Source: Perkinsela sp. CCAP 1560/9 (lineage: Eukaryota > Protista > Euglenozoa: Kinetoplastea). From it: a stretch of 64,000 nt of DNA. The notes beneath the pieces are model-generated. The model was given only the letters and a program-made list of their open reading frames with translations, made no database searches and had not been told where the DNA came from. Positions within the stretch are counted from its first letter, which is position 1, and every line of letters begins with the position of its first letter. The stretch is taken from assembly GCA_965644495.1 (NCBI GenBank), contig CBFFSA010000001.1, positions 3,720,001 to 3,784,000 of the forward strand, given 5' to 3'. The position numbers and the translations under genes are program-made. Of the stretch, positions 31,679 through 42,686 are shown one piece after another.

Positions 31679-32344
31679 TCATTATCATTATTGTTAGAGA
31701 GTGTGTATTGCATCATCCATCAATCTTGAATGCGAACATTTGTACTTTGATATACACAGGGCGAAAACCTGTAGAGATACTGGGCTCAGCAGAGGTTGAC
31801 GCAAAGGGCGCTCCCTGCTGAACCTGTCGCCTTCCTCTGCTACACCGAGAAAAGTACGGAATGTCCGCCGAGGGGGAACGAAAAGAACGGCTTCATCGGG
31901 TTAAGATGTCCCGATACGGGAAGAGAGCGTAGTCCTGCCATACGAATTCGTAGGACGCGGATGGTACTCCCATCGTACATGCTACAAATGACTTACATGG
32001 TTCATGATACAACATGGTCAAGGCCATGGATACATGCTGGCAAATGGAATGCCACGGTTCATGATGCATCATGGTCATCGGGGTCCCACCGAGTTCGCCT
32101 CGGCTGGTGAGCAAGGGAGGTGTCATAGAGCATCCTCTGCACGCATAGTGCGTAGAATACGCATACGACGTGTTCGCTAGCCGTGTGGGAATGAGACAAG
32201 GGAAGCGCACACCTACTTTATGATAAGAGGGACAGTTTCGATTCCAGCACCGTCCGGAAACGGGCACGTAAAAGTGTTCCCGTTTCTGGGAGAGAAAAGA
32301 CGATCTAGAAAAATGTATCAACATGGTACAGAAACTGTATCCTT
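31679..32344 (-). mobile_element. Putative SL-headed non-autonomous retroposon or retrocopy of a structured RNA
   Basis: Minus strand starts AAGGATACAGTTTCTGTACCATGTTG (32344-32319). Hairpin-rich body with no convincing ORF. Ends in AATAATGATAATGAT; the 3' boundary is tentative. Confidence 0.6.
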
Positions 32345-32711
32345 GAGTATTCACGGGGATACTTTCTCAAAATTACTTTACTGCACTGTACCCTCAGAAT
32401 AGTGTAACTCAGAGTCTCTGAGTTTCATAGTGCACAGTTCTTCTACGCTACGTATTACACTGACCCCTCTTAATAGTACGATGAGTAACCCCTATTTGAA
32501 AGTTCTTTTTCATCATCGACTCTTTTTTTGAGCCGCAAGTATTGCTGTGTAAGTCCGCCGGGTCACCAAAACTGACAGTGTCCGCATTTTGCCTCCCCAC
32601 TTTCCCTCTGTATAGAGCGGCGGGTTTACCAAACGGCGCTATATGAGAAAGTATACATTTTCTACGAAATATCTTTTTTACATTTTATCAAGAGTTCAAA
32701 ATACCGACGCG

Positions 32712-33302
32712 ATGTACGTGACATTGAATTTTGCAACTGAAGACTCCAGTTCAAAGCCTAGTAAAGTACGAGGTACGGCCCTACCGCAAGAATACGAACT
32801 TGAAGCTTTTACTAGAAATATGGCACCTCATCATGTAACGTGGAACACCCACATCCCCGCATGTCAGTGGAAAGGAGTAAAATGCGACGATGACACAGAA
32901 AGTATAGTGACGCATATATCATGGATTTATTATTCGCTAGTAGGTAACCCTCGATGGGAGCACATGCCAATAACCCTGACAGCGATCTCTCTTCTAGCGA
33001 ATCAACTTCAAGGATTGGTCTGTCTTCACCAGCTGCCTCTAGTGATGGCAAACTATAGTGTTTCATACAACTTATTTAATGGACCACTCGACTTTTCCCA
33101 ACTTCCATCTTCTCTCTATCGATTACAACTTGAGAATAATCAATTCTCGGGAAATATTGACCTTTCTTGTTTGCCGTTTGATCTTGTATCGCTGGGCTTA
33201 GCAGGCAATCCTATGCTTGTTGGAACAGTTCGAAAAAATAGTTTCCCCAAGAATTTGATGTACTTTACTTACAGTGAAACTAACATAACGGTAATAGCAT
33301 AG
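32712..33302 (+). CDS. LRR protein (in-frame upstream ATG at 32643)
   Basis: SKVRGTALPQEYEL motif, ACQWKGVKC cap, 4 LRRs. Confidence 0.9.
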   Translation: MYVTLNFATEDSSSKPSKVRGTALPQEYELEAFTRNMAPHHVTWNTHIPACQWKGVKCDDDTESIVTHISWIYYSLVGNPRWEHMPITLTAISLLANQLQGLVCLHQLPLVMANYSVSYNLFNGPLDFSQLPSSLYRLQLENNQFSGNIDLSCLPFDLVSLGLAGNPMLVGTVRKNSFPKNLMYFTYSETNITVIA

Positions 33303-33955
33303 TCTAAAGATTTCAAAAACTGAAACAATAATCTTGTTAAAGTTTTCTTACTTCTGAAGAGAAAGGCCGAGTTCCGGAATTTTAAGTCGCTACTTCGAAC
33401 TTCCTTCGAGAATTTTGCTTCATCCGAAGTTTCTCTCCGAGGACACCAAGCTGTGAACAGAAGACATAAAGCTGTGAGCTCACAAGCACTCTCAAGGACC
33501 ACACAGCAACGAGTATGTATATGATAAATATTTTATTAAATATACGAGTATGAATATAACCACATAGCGACGAGTATAAATATGATAAGTTATGATAAAA
33601 AAGCCAAAGTAGTTTTAAAAATATTCTTTTTACTTCAATGTTCAAATCAGTTGACCCCAATAAATATTGGTCCGACTTTTTTTCGAACTCGAAGGACCAA
33701 ATTAAAAAAAGACAAATTTTCTGCTCGACCAATACCAAACAAAGGCAGATGTTTCAAAGAAAATGCAGAAATGAGCAAAAGTGCGGAAATTGATTCAGTT
33801 TCAACAAAGTTTATAAGAAAGGGATTCTCTCAATATTTTAGCTTATCGGGGGAAAGGAGGAGTTGACTCTAAGTTGCTTTTTTAACAGCTGCACAAAAGT
33901 TCTTGCAGATTCCTTTGTTATTTTTATCATATTATTATTTTTGTATTATGAATTA

Positions 33956-34831
33956 ATGAGTTTTCGAACCTTCGTCGAAACGGGATCCTCTTATGTAGAA
34001 CTTTCGGTGCCTCAACCTTATCGAATACTGAGTGCAGGAGTAACATTACATGGGTACGCCGTGCTGACTGCATCATATCCACGCAGTACCACTACCTGGG
34101 TAGCAAAAACCACACCTCTTCATCGTGATGCACAGATATCACTACAAGTGATTGCTATAAAAGAATCTCATTTTTCTTTGTCTACACACGTAGTAGAGAA
34201 AAAGGGCAAAGGTAACGTGATGTTGACCCTCCAGGAGGCGTCCGAAAAAGTTTGGCCTTCGACGGGTGAGGTACAAACCGGAAAAACAGACTCTTCGCCA
34301 GGGTTGCATGGCGCAGACATCCAAAGTGCTCATTCAGAATTCACTGAGTCTCCAACTGTTTCATCTTTGGTTGCACTCTGTGGAGGGTTTCAGATTACCC
34401 ATTCCTGTGTCACGTCCTCCAGTGCTGTGTTCGACAACGCGAGTCTTACTCCCACGTCTGACTTCACACCCATGACCGGGTGGTGTGTCGATGCGGAGCA
34501 CCCGGAGGCGGAGGTGAATTGTTATCTGCTCGTCGCGGAGGACTGCCCCTCCCACTCTATCAACGTAGGGGTAACCCCGCGAGGGGTGTGGCGGATACAC
34601 ATCGAGGGTGTCGGGGAGAGCGTGTCGTACTTTGGCTCCTGTAAGGGTCAAAACCCAATTGCCCGCAGCACGTTGCTCACCCCACCGAGTGCGTATTCGG
34701 TTTCACACCCACGTAAAGCCACGCCGGCGTTGTGGAAGCTACACCGGCAGCCCCCACCTGTAGAAAAAATACGTGACATGTCGCTTGCGTACTGTAAAAT
34801 GACGAAGCGAATGCCTGGGAGGTCCTCGTAG
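33956..34831 (+). CDS. Hypothetical protein
   Basis: Long + strand ORF after a pyrimidine-rich tract; no motif recognised. Confidence 0.65.
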   Translation: MSFRTFVETGSSYVELSVPQPYRILSAGVTLHGYAVLTASYPRSTTTWVAKTTPLHRDAQISLQVIAIKESHFSLSTHVVEKKGKGNVMLTLQEASEKVWPSTGEVQTGKTDSSPGLHGADIQSAHSEFTESPTVSSLVALCGGFQITHSCVTSSSAVFDNASLTPTSDFTPMTGWCVDAEHPEAEVNCYLLVAEDCPSHSINVGVTPRGVWRIHIEGVGESVSYFGSCKGQNPIARSTLLTPPSAYSVSHPRKATPALWKLHRQPPPVEKIRDMSLAYCKMTKRMPGRSS

Positions 34832-35153
34832 ACGGCCCCACTAGGACACTTGCTGCGACTTAAAAATTCATATAGTACTATCAATGTATACATTAAACTA
34901 TATTCAGTAGTGCATATGGATCGCTGTACGTTCGTGGAAAGAGGGAAACTTGTAAAAATGTGGCAAAAATAGATGTGCATGGGAATAAGAATCTTACTAA
35001 ATCCTCCAAAAAACTAGAATTTCACATAACTCCATATGTTTAGTCTCATTTGTTTGAACAATGGAACACTCACAATGAATAAGCTTCGACGAATGTGCCT
35101 GTATTTTTCCTGAGTATCAAGGTTTGTATTTATAAAACGTATCCTTTGTTTGA

Positions 35154-36347
35154 ATGTTTGACGCCTTGTGGAAAAGGAAAAAAAGAACGCATTCCCCAGA
35201 TAGAAGTCATGTGGGAGTCCTTTCGGAATATACCAAACCACACTTTGCATTGCCACAATCGCTGAATACAAGTGATAGTACTGCAACGCAACCCCTTTGG
35301 CAGACTCTGCGTCCGTCAGCACAATCATTCATGTCTGATACTACAGATATTTCACATCATGAGCGACTATACCGGCCTTCGGTGGTAAGAAATGGTGTTA
35401 CACCACCTACGCCTAATATTGCTGGCATTGAAATTGACCCACCGACTCGTGGGAGTTCTCATTCGACGCAAGCAAGCAACATCCCGATGACACGGGAACA
35501 GACTTTTTCGCCATTACATCCTCATCATCGAATTACAGAGAAATCTTCAACCGCTAGACATGAAACAGTCCCATTTTTCAAAACCACGTATGGAGAAGAT
35601 TCGAAGACAGCTATGCGCACTTCCTCTGTTTTAGTTGATCGAGCGGACCCCTCGGCCTGTAACTATTGTATCGATCCTCCATTAGTGGGTACCGATACTT
35701 CTACTATGAATCCTAACCAGGAAGGTGAACAGATAACGCCTATTACGTCAATGGGGGGAGAAATTCTTCATGCTTCATACCCAAGAGATCAGGAACCCGA
35801 ACCATGTCCGTTGACTCCAGTATCACTTTCAGAAAGATACTTTCGATCGAATTTGTATCACAGGACCTCCCTTCGAAATTCTGTGCGTCAAAACGATGAA
35901 ATGCCATCTCAGGAAGGATTCCATGATTGCTTTGATGCAGTCGAAGCTCTTCCCACTCCAGATTCTACTTCTATAGATTCTAGTACTTTAGCCTCTTTAA
36001 ACCAAGAATTTCACAAGGTTACCTCATCCATACATTCCGCGGTTCAGACAACGTTGAGCGTATATCTTCCCTATACGGAGGCGCTGGATCACCTGCAGAA
36101 AATACTTTTTGATATGCAAAAATCCGACACTGGTCAAGAGTACCTTGCTCACCAGCGTAGTCGCGTTCGAGAATTACTTCGAGTTGTGGAACACCCCCCA
36201 TCTGCTAGTACACTACTAACGGCACTACGTACTGCAACAGAGCAGGTTGAGGAGACGTTGCTACAAACACAGCAATCGCTTGCACGCCAAAGAGCACTTT
36301 GTTTTCAAGAGGCTAATGCCGTGTTTTACGATCAGGACTTGGGATGA
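35154..36347 (+). CDS. Hypothetical protein, disordered N-half and coiled-coil C-terminus
   Basis: 397-aa ORF, S/T/P-rich then heptad-like. Confidence 0.7.
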   Translation: MFDALWKRKKRTHSPDRSHVGVLSEYTKPHFALPQSLNTSDSTATQPLWQTLRPSAQSFMSDTTDISHHERLYRPSVVRNGVTPPTPNIAGIEIDPPTRGSSHSTQASNIPMTREQTFSPLHPHHRITEKSSTARHETVPFFKTTYGEDSKTAMRTSSVLVDRADPSACNYCIDPPLVGTDTSTMNPNQEGEQITPITSMGGEILHASYPRDQEPEPCPLTPVSLSERYFRSNLYHRTSLRNSVRQNDEMPSQEGFHDCFDAVEALPTPDSTSIDSSTLASLNQEFHKVTSSIHSAVQTTLSVYLPYTEALDHLQKILFDMQKSDTGQEYLAHQRSRVRELLRVVEHPPSASTLLTALRTATEQVEETLLQTQQSLARQRALCFQEANAVFYDQDLG

Positions 36348-36719
36348 CTCTCGGTTAATCGAAACATAATATACCGTATCTCATTTTACACCGTAAACGA
36401 CACCCGATATTGACATCCGACTTGACAACACAACAAATTTACCTTTTTATTGCTGTGGGCATACATACTGAGTTTCATTTTTTTCTTTTACCATAAGTAA
36501 TCTCGAAACCATCATCTCAAATTCCATCTTTAGCCATTTTCAATAAATTTTATTAAAACGTTCTTGTTTCTTCTCCTTCTCACCTCTTTCCAAAAAGAAA
36601 AAGGCGCAAAATCAAGGACACCATAATTGTATCCAAAAACCATTTGAGCACAACCTTTTACCCCAATCACCCTCCATTTACCCCCTTTACCCCACTTTTT
36701 CACACCACCCCCACCCTCC

Positions 36720-37496
36720 ATGTCCCTCTACCCCTCTCTCCCCCCCACCTCCGCCCTGGACGACCCCCTCCCCCCTCCCCCCCGCCTCGGCAAGATCCGC
36801 GGCGCCGCCCTCCCCCCGGAGTTCGACCTCGCCCACTTCACCCACGCCCTCACCAACCCCCACCCCAGCTGGACCACCCACACCCCCGCCTGCGACTGGG
36901 CCGGGGTCAAGTGCACCGAGGCCCGCGTCCTCTACTGGATCTGCTGGGAGCGCCGCGCCCTCCGCGGCCCCCTCCGATGGTCCCACCTCCCCGCCCCCAC
37001 CCAGCGTCTCGACCTCGATGTCAACCGCCTGCACGGCCCCCTCGACACCGCAGCCCTCCCCGCCCCCCTCCAGGCCTTCAGCACCCACGAGAACCAACTC
37101 ACCGGGGCACTCGCCCTCGAGGCCCTCCCCCCCGCGGTCACGGAGGTCTACCTCTCGGTGAACGGCTTCACCCACGGGGTCGACCTCACGCGGCTGCCGG
37201 GAGGGCTCCAGCGGCTCTACCTCTGGGGGAACCGACTCACCGGGACCCCGGCGCTCGGGGCGCTCCCGTGGGGGCTGCAGGAGCTGCTGCTGAACGACAA
37301 CGCGTTCAGCGGGTGGCTCGGGGCGCTGGGGCGGGCGGGGGGGCTGCGGGAGGGGCTGTGGGGGCTGGACGTGAGTCGGAACCCCGGGCTGCGGGGGGAG
37401 GTGGTGGTGGGGAGCTGGCCGCGGTCGCTGCGGAGGTGTGAGTGGGGGGGGACGGGGATGGTGGTGGGGCAGAAGGAGGAGGAGGGGGGAGGGTAG
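36720..37496 (+). CDS. LRR protein (extremely GC-rich copy)
   Basis: RLGKIRGAALPPEFDL motif, ACDWAGVKC cap, 6 LRRs. Confidence 0.92.
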   Translation: MSLYPSLPPTSALDDPLPPPPRLGKIRGAALPPEFDLAHFTHALTNPHPSWTTHTPACDWAGVKCTEARVLYWICWERRALRGPLRWSHLPAPTQRLDLDVNRLHGPLDTAALPAPLQAFSTHENQLTGALALEALPPAVTEVYLSVNGFTHGVDLTRLPGGLQRLYLWGNRLTGTPALGALPWGLQELLLNDNAFSGWLGALGRAGGLREGLWGLDVSRNPGLRGEVVVGSWPRSLRRCEWGGTGMVVGQKEEEGGG

Positions 37497-37798
37497 GGGG
37501 GGGGGTAGGATTGTAGTTAAAAAAAAACAAGGTGGAGAGGAGGGAGAGGGGTAGATGTGTGCGACACGGGGGGGGGGGGTAGATGTAGTGTTTTGTGTAG
37601 GTAGTAAGTATTTAGCTTTTTCTCATGCTTTAATAGAGGATGGTAAATCGAACACGTGTAGATACTCGAAAACGACGGTTCACACGTTTCTAATATTTTC
37701 AAAAAGAGTTCAGCTTCGCGTGCGGTTGCTCGTTTCTATAGAGTTAGCATTATACAAAAGACTGATTCAGAAAGAGATCATATCTTCTCCATTTCAAC

Positions 37799-38689
37799 AT
37801 GTTTCGGCTAGCGAGACTCGACGATGCCCAAGAGCCTCCGTTAAAAAGGCGTCGCAGTTCCAGCCCTACGCCCGATTCCTTTTCGTCGTTGCAACCGACA
37901 GGAGTGCAAGCCCGAAAATCCTATGGTGCTAAAGTACGTGGCACAGTGATGCCACAAGAATATGAGCTTGAAAAACTCTTGGAGAGGATCACTTCGAGGT
38001 ATGATTCATGGAACGTTTCAAATCACGCGTGTGACTGGTCAGGTATGAAATGTAACGAAGAAAGGGAAGTTACCGTAATCGATTGGACGTGCTGTGGGAT
38101 AAGAGGTCCTCTAAATTGGGCGCACCTTCCTTCAACTCTTAAAGAGATGTATGCATGCGGTGATGAAATACAAGGAGACCTTCCACTCGAAGATTTTCCA
38201 AACCATCTGGAGGTTCTTTCGCTTTTCGATAATTATCTGCGCGGAGAGCTAGATTTCAGCCAGCTACCAAAGACAATGAAACAGCTGTTTCTAAATCGCA
38301 ACGATTTTGAGGGTCATGTAGACTTGACGTGCTTACCTACGACTTTGCTATACTTAGAGCTCCAACAGAACACTTTATGTGGAGAGGTACGATTGGATAA
38401 ATTGCCAGAGGGGTTACAAGGTCTTAATCTCGGAGAAAACGAATTTTCTGGGACACTTGACCTCGAACACTTGCCAACCACATTAGAAGAGCTCCGTCTT
38501 GACCATAACGAATTTGAGGGAACCGTGGACTTGAGTGAACTGCCGGACACATTGTCGAAATTAGACCTTTCAGGAAATACTGATTTAACAGGATATGGTT
38601 ATGGTCCCCGTCTGCCCCGACGTCTGGGTCGTAAATCTTTTTCTACACGTGGCACAAAAATTGAGGTACAGGGTATGAGAAGATATTAA
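37799..38689 (+). CDS. LRR protein, acidic, NLS-like EPPLKRRR (copy 1)
   Basis: AKVRGTVMPQEYEL motif, ACDWSGMKC cap, 7 LRRs. Confidence 0.92.
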   Translation: MFRLARLDDAQEPPLKRRRSSSPTPDSFSSLQPTGVQARKSYGAKVRGTVMPQEYELEKLLERITSRYDSWNVSNHACDWSGMKCNEEREVTVIDWTCCGIRGPLNWAHLPSTLKEMYACGDEIQGDLPLEDFPNHLEVLSLFDNYLRGELDFSQLPKTMKQLFLNRNDFEGHVDLTCLPTTLLYLELQQNTLCGEVRLDKLPEGLQGLNLGENEFSGTLDLEHLPTTLEELRLDHNEFEGTVDLSELPDTLSKLDLSGNTDLTGYGYGPRLPRRLGRKSFSTRGTKIEVQGMRRY

Positions 38690-39004
38690 TAGTTAAAGGC
38701 TACTGTAGTTCCGCATACAAGGTCGGCGTATACGACTCATGCGCAGCGAAATTTATATTTAAAGAGAAAAATGTAGAATACTTCGTGTGTGTATAGAGCG
38801 AAATTCATACGAATTGTATCTGCAGGTACCTGCATCGAACACTCAACAAGGATGAATTTTTGGGTCTGCTATGATCAGAGGGAGCTCGTTGTCACTTGAG
38901 TTTCTTAGGTTTGTTTTCTTAGTCGTGTTGGGTTGTTTGTTTCCATGCCTTTTGAGTAACACAAAGACTGATTGAAACAGAAATCATATTTTCTCTATTT
39001 CAAC

Positions 39005-39895
39005 ATGTCTCGGCTAGCGAGACTCGACGATGCCCAAGAGCCTCCGTTAAAAAGACGTCGGAGTTCCAGCCCTACGCCCGATTCCTTTTCGTCGTTGCAA
39101 CCGACTGGAGTGCAAGCCCGAAAATCCTATGGTGCTAAAGTACGTGGCACAGTGATGCCACAAGAATATGAGCTTGAAAAACTCTTGGAGAGGATCACTT
39201 CGAGGAGTGATTCATGGAACGTTTCAAATCACGCGTGTGATTGGTCAGGTATGACATGTAACGAAGAAAGGGAAGTTACCGTAATCGATTGGACGTGCTG
39301 TGGGCTAGGAGGTCCTCTAAATTGGGCGCACCTTCCTTCAACTCTTAAAGAGATGTATGCATGCGGTGATGACATAGAAGGAGACCTTCCACTCGAAGAA
39401 CTTCCAAACCGCCTGGAGGTTCTTTCGCTTTTCGATAATTATCTGCGCGGAGAGCTAGATTTCAGCCAGCTACCAAAGACAATGAAACAGCTGTTTTTAA
39501 ATCGCAACGAATTTGAGGGTCATGTAGACTTGACGTGCTTGCCTACGACTTTGCTATACTTAGAGCTCCAACAGAACACTTTATGTGGAGAGGTACGATT
39601 GGACAAATTGCCAGAGGGGTTACAAGGTCTTAATCTCGGAGAAAACGAATTTTCTGGGACACTTGACCTCGAACACTTGCCAACCACATTAGAAGAGCTC
39701 CGTCTTGACCATAACGAATTTGAGGGAACCGTGGACTTGAGTGAACTGCCGGACACATTGTCGAAATTAGACCTTTCAGGAAATACTGATTTAACAGGAT
39801 ATGGTTATGGTCCCCGTCTGCCCCGACGTCTGGGTCGTAAATCTTTTTCTACACGTGGCACAAAAATTGAAATACAGGGTATGAGAAGATATTAA
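39005..39895 (+). CDS. LRR protein (tandem copy 2)
   Basis: About 12 amino-acid differences from copy 1. Confidence 0.92.
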   Translation: MSRLARLDDAQEPPLKRRRSSSPTPDSFSSLQPTGVQARKSYGAKVRGTVMPQEYELEKLLERITSRSDSWNVSNHACDWSGMTCNEEREVTVIDWTCCGLGGPLNWAHLPSTLKEMYACGDDIEGDLPLEELPNRLEVLSLFDNYLRGELDFSQLPKTMKQLFLNRNEFEGHVDLTCLPTTLLYLELQQNTLCGEVRLDKLPEGLQGLNLGENEFSGTLDLEHLPTTLEELRLDHNEFEGTVDLSELPDTLSKLDLSGNTDLTGYGYGPRLPRRLGRKSFSTRGTKIEIQGMRRY

Positions 39896-40461
39896 TAGTT
39901 AAAGGTTACTGTAGTTCCGCATACAAGGTCGGCGTATACGACTCATGTGCAGCGAAATTTATATCTAAAGTGAAAAATGTAGAATACTTCGTGTGTGTAT
40001 AGAGCGAAATTCATACGAATTGTATCTGCAGGTCCCTCCCTGCATCGAATAATCAACAAGGATCTGTCCTTGCTGCTGTTTGTGTACTACTTCTGTGTAT
40101 TGAAATTTCTATGTCAAGGAAAGTAATCATTACGAAAATAAATGTTTATATCGGAGTGGCTGGGTACTGCTTCTTGACAGTGATTTTGAAGTTTTGTTGA
40201 AATGTTGCACTAAAGGGGTATTGTAATTGTGTTTCGGACGTAAATCTAGATTGGGGTTATTTTGACACCGCAATCTATTTTCATATTGATATGCAGAAGA
40301 GAAGATGACGTAATATAAGTAAACCACGATTCCTGATCACGGGTTTACGACATGTATATTAGGTCGTATCATGTTCATCACTGATAACACGGTCACTTGT
40401 AATAACACAACATTCACTTTGTTGAAATTAGAAGCTCTAAGAATGCTCACTTCGCCTTGAG

Positions 40462-41127
40462 ATGATAAACTTTGTTTTCCTTATAGCCAAAGACACTTCC
40501 TCTTTGGTTCGAGCTTCTAAAGTACGAGGAAGCGCGCTGCCAGGTGAGTTTTATTTATTGCGCTTTATTCGAGAAGTTGAAAATCCTCATCCCACATGGA
40601 ATGCAAATACACCATCTGGAAAATGGGATGGTGTGAGCGAAAAAGATTGTGAGATTGAAAATATTCTTTGGGGGTGGCGTCAACTACGAGGAACGCTTTG
40701 CTGGTCACATCTTCCGCAAAGTTTAGTTCAGCTATCTGTCTGGAACAATCGGTTAACTGGAACTGTAGAATTTCATCTTTTACCTCCACACCTCGTTTAT
40801 CTCAACTTATCGGAAAACGAGTTTAAGGGAATATTACACTTAGAAACATTGCCAAGAACGTTGCGAGATATTTGGTTAGGTGGAAATTTATTCACAGGGA
40901 CTTTAAATTTTGCATTACTGCCTCCGGAAGCCCAAGAATTGCGACTGGAGAATAATGACTTTCAAGGAAACGTTGAGTCCATCCTCTCACCATCTAAACT
41001 CCGTAGACTTATTTTAAATGGAAACGAAGGTCTTAAAGGAAAGATCAATCCACTTTCTTTGCCATGCTATGTGGAACTGCGCCATACGGGAACTCAAATT
41101 GAGGTAGTCAACGCAAAGATTATATGA
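40462..41127 (+). CDS. LRR protein
   Basis: SKVRGSALPGEFYL motif, KWDGV cap, 5 LRRs. Confidence 0.9.
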   Translation: MINFVFLIAKDTSSLVRASKVRGSALPGEFYLLRFIREVENPHPTWNANTPSGKWDGVSEKDCEIENILWGWRQLRGTLCWSHLPQSLVQLSVWNNRLTGTVEFHLLPPHLVYLNLSENEFKGILHLETLPRTLRDIWLGGNLFTGTLNFALLPPEAQELRLENNDFQGNVESILSPSKLRRLILNGNEGLKGKINPLSLPCYVELRHTGTQIEVVNAKII

Positions 41128-41258
41128 CGCTACTAGCATTGTTTCAATTTTAGCAAGCATACTTTATGTGCATAAACGTAAGTGGAATTATGAAATCTGT
41201 AACCCTGTAAAGGCAAAGCCCCGCGCTACTTGTATGGGTATCTTCTCGTATGGGAACG

Positions 41259-41367
41259 AGACAGGCAAATCTTTTCGTGTTTCGTGTGGTTTCTTCTTAA
41301 AAAAATCTTAAAAAAGACAGGCAAATGTTTTCGTGTTTCGTGTGGTTTCTTCTTAAAAAAAATCTTT
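41259..41367. repeat. 56-bp direct duplication
   Basis: AGACAGGCAAAT(C/G)TTTTCGTGTTTCGTGTGGTTTCTTCTTAAAAAAA at 41259 and 41315. Confidence 0.85.
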
Positions 41368-41399
41368 TCCATACCCAAGGGTCTCAGAGAAGGGAATTA

Positions 41400-42018
41400 C
41401 AAATGCCGAATAGACCAAAAGAGAGAATTACCACTTAAAGAAATGATATAAAATCTCAGATATTTTCAAGAAACATTATTTCAAAACCCGTGTAGCATCC
41501 ATAACATGCACCTTTTCTACGATGATTCTGCAACGTTTTCTAAAGTTTTTTAACGTATTTTCATACGTTTTTGTTTCTCATCTTTTTGTTTTGCCTGAAG
41601 TGTATCGTAAAAAAACATGAATCGTTCCACTCAGGGTTTCACAGTTCCCTCGTGGACCCAAACACTTTGGTAAGTCCGGAAATAAGACTCTCTTTTCTCG
41701 AAGTCTACCACAAGAAGCGTCCTTTGGTGCTCTTTAATCTTCTCTGGCAAAGCATAGGAACGGGCGTCCTTGAACACGGGAGTCCTTGATCAAACTCGCT
41801 TTTGGGGCATAAAATCGGGGAAAAATGAAAAATTGCCGTATTTTCATATGAAAAAAATCTATACTTTTTTCTCATCGGACTAAATCTTTCAAGTCGAACG
41901 TTCCGATTACGCCAAAGACATACAAATCTGCGAGAGCTCTCCAATGCGCTAGTATTTTCCAAAATTGAACAACTTTTGCAAACTTTTGACCTCCCCCAGA
42001 TGGAAGTTTTCACCCCTG
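41400..42018. mobile_element. Left-truncated copy of the CAGGGGTG MITE family
   Basis: Colinear with 58620-59234; ends GGAAGTTTTCACCCCTG-TA. Confidence 0.85.
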
Positions 42019-42172
42019 TAAGTTTCCATAATATTCCATAATAGAATGTTTGTGCCCTTATCGTGTTCGCACGATTACGTATGATAACGGTAAATTCCAC
42101 TATAATCTATACTGGTTCTTATCGTCTTTTTGTATAAATATCTTAGCACTTGTTTAGTCATGTATTTTTCTA

Positions 42173-42463
42173 ATGAATGACTATATTGGACTAAGAGTTA
42201 GCGTGCTGACCAACACAGGTAAACACTACTGTGGTGTTTTGGAGGGTTGCGACCAGGCGACCAATATTCTTCTTTCTGACACTGTCGAAATGATACATAC
42301 TTCGGGAAAGCCCTCCAAGGATGTTCCTGTTGGGTGTTTGTTGCTTCGTGGGGATAGCATTGCTGTGCTTGGAGGTGTGCAAAATGACAGCCCTCCAAGG
42401 AACGTGACAGAAACGACTCACAAGGCACATCAAAGCTTCCTTCCTTTTACAAATGCATCTTGA
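42173..42463 (+). CDS. LSM8: U6 snRNA-associated Sm-like protein LSm8
   Basis: Sm1 VSVLTNTG...GVLEGCDQATNILL; Sm2 GCLLLRGDSIAVLG. Confidence 0.8.
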   Translation: MNDYIGLRVSVLTNTGKHYCGVLEGCDQATNILLSDTVEMIHTSGKPSKDVPVGCLLLRGDSIAVLGGVQNDSPPRNVTETTHKAHQSFLPFTNAS

Positions 42464-42686
42464 TCACTACATGCGAAAGATTATGACAGGTTTTGGGCAA
42501 CTAGAATAAGCCCGAACAACAATAACAGAATAGTAATAATGGAAAACAGGTGAACAGTATAGTTTAACTATTCATGTGCATGATTTTGCACGTAAATAAA
42601 TGTATAGAAAATATAAGGCTGGAGATTTTATCCGAACTCTAAAACAAAGTAGTTTTTAAACTGAACAAATTTTACATTGCGAAAAG

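Larger units (their letters stand above)
37757..40063 (+). repeat. Recent tandem duplication (period 1206 bp) of an LRR gene with flanks
   Basis: 37757-38853 is near-identical to 38962-40063. Confidence 0.95.

Noticed and set aside
31679-32344. Telomerase RNA retrocopy (trypanosome TR is trans-spliced)
   Set aside because: No CCCTAACCC template on either strand.
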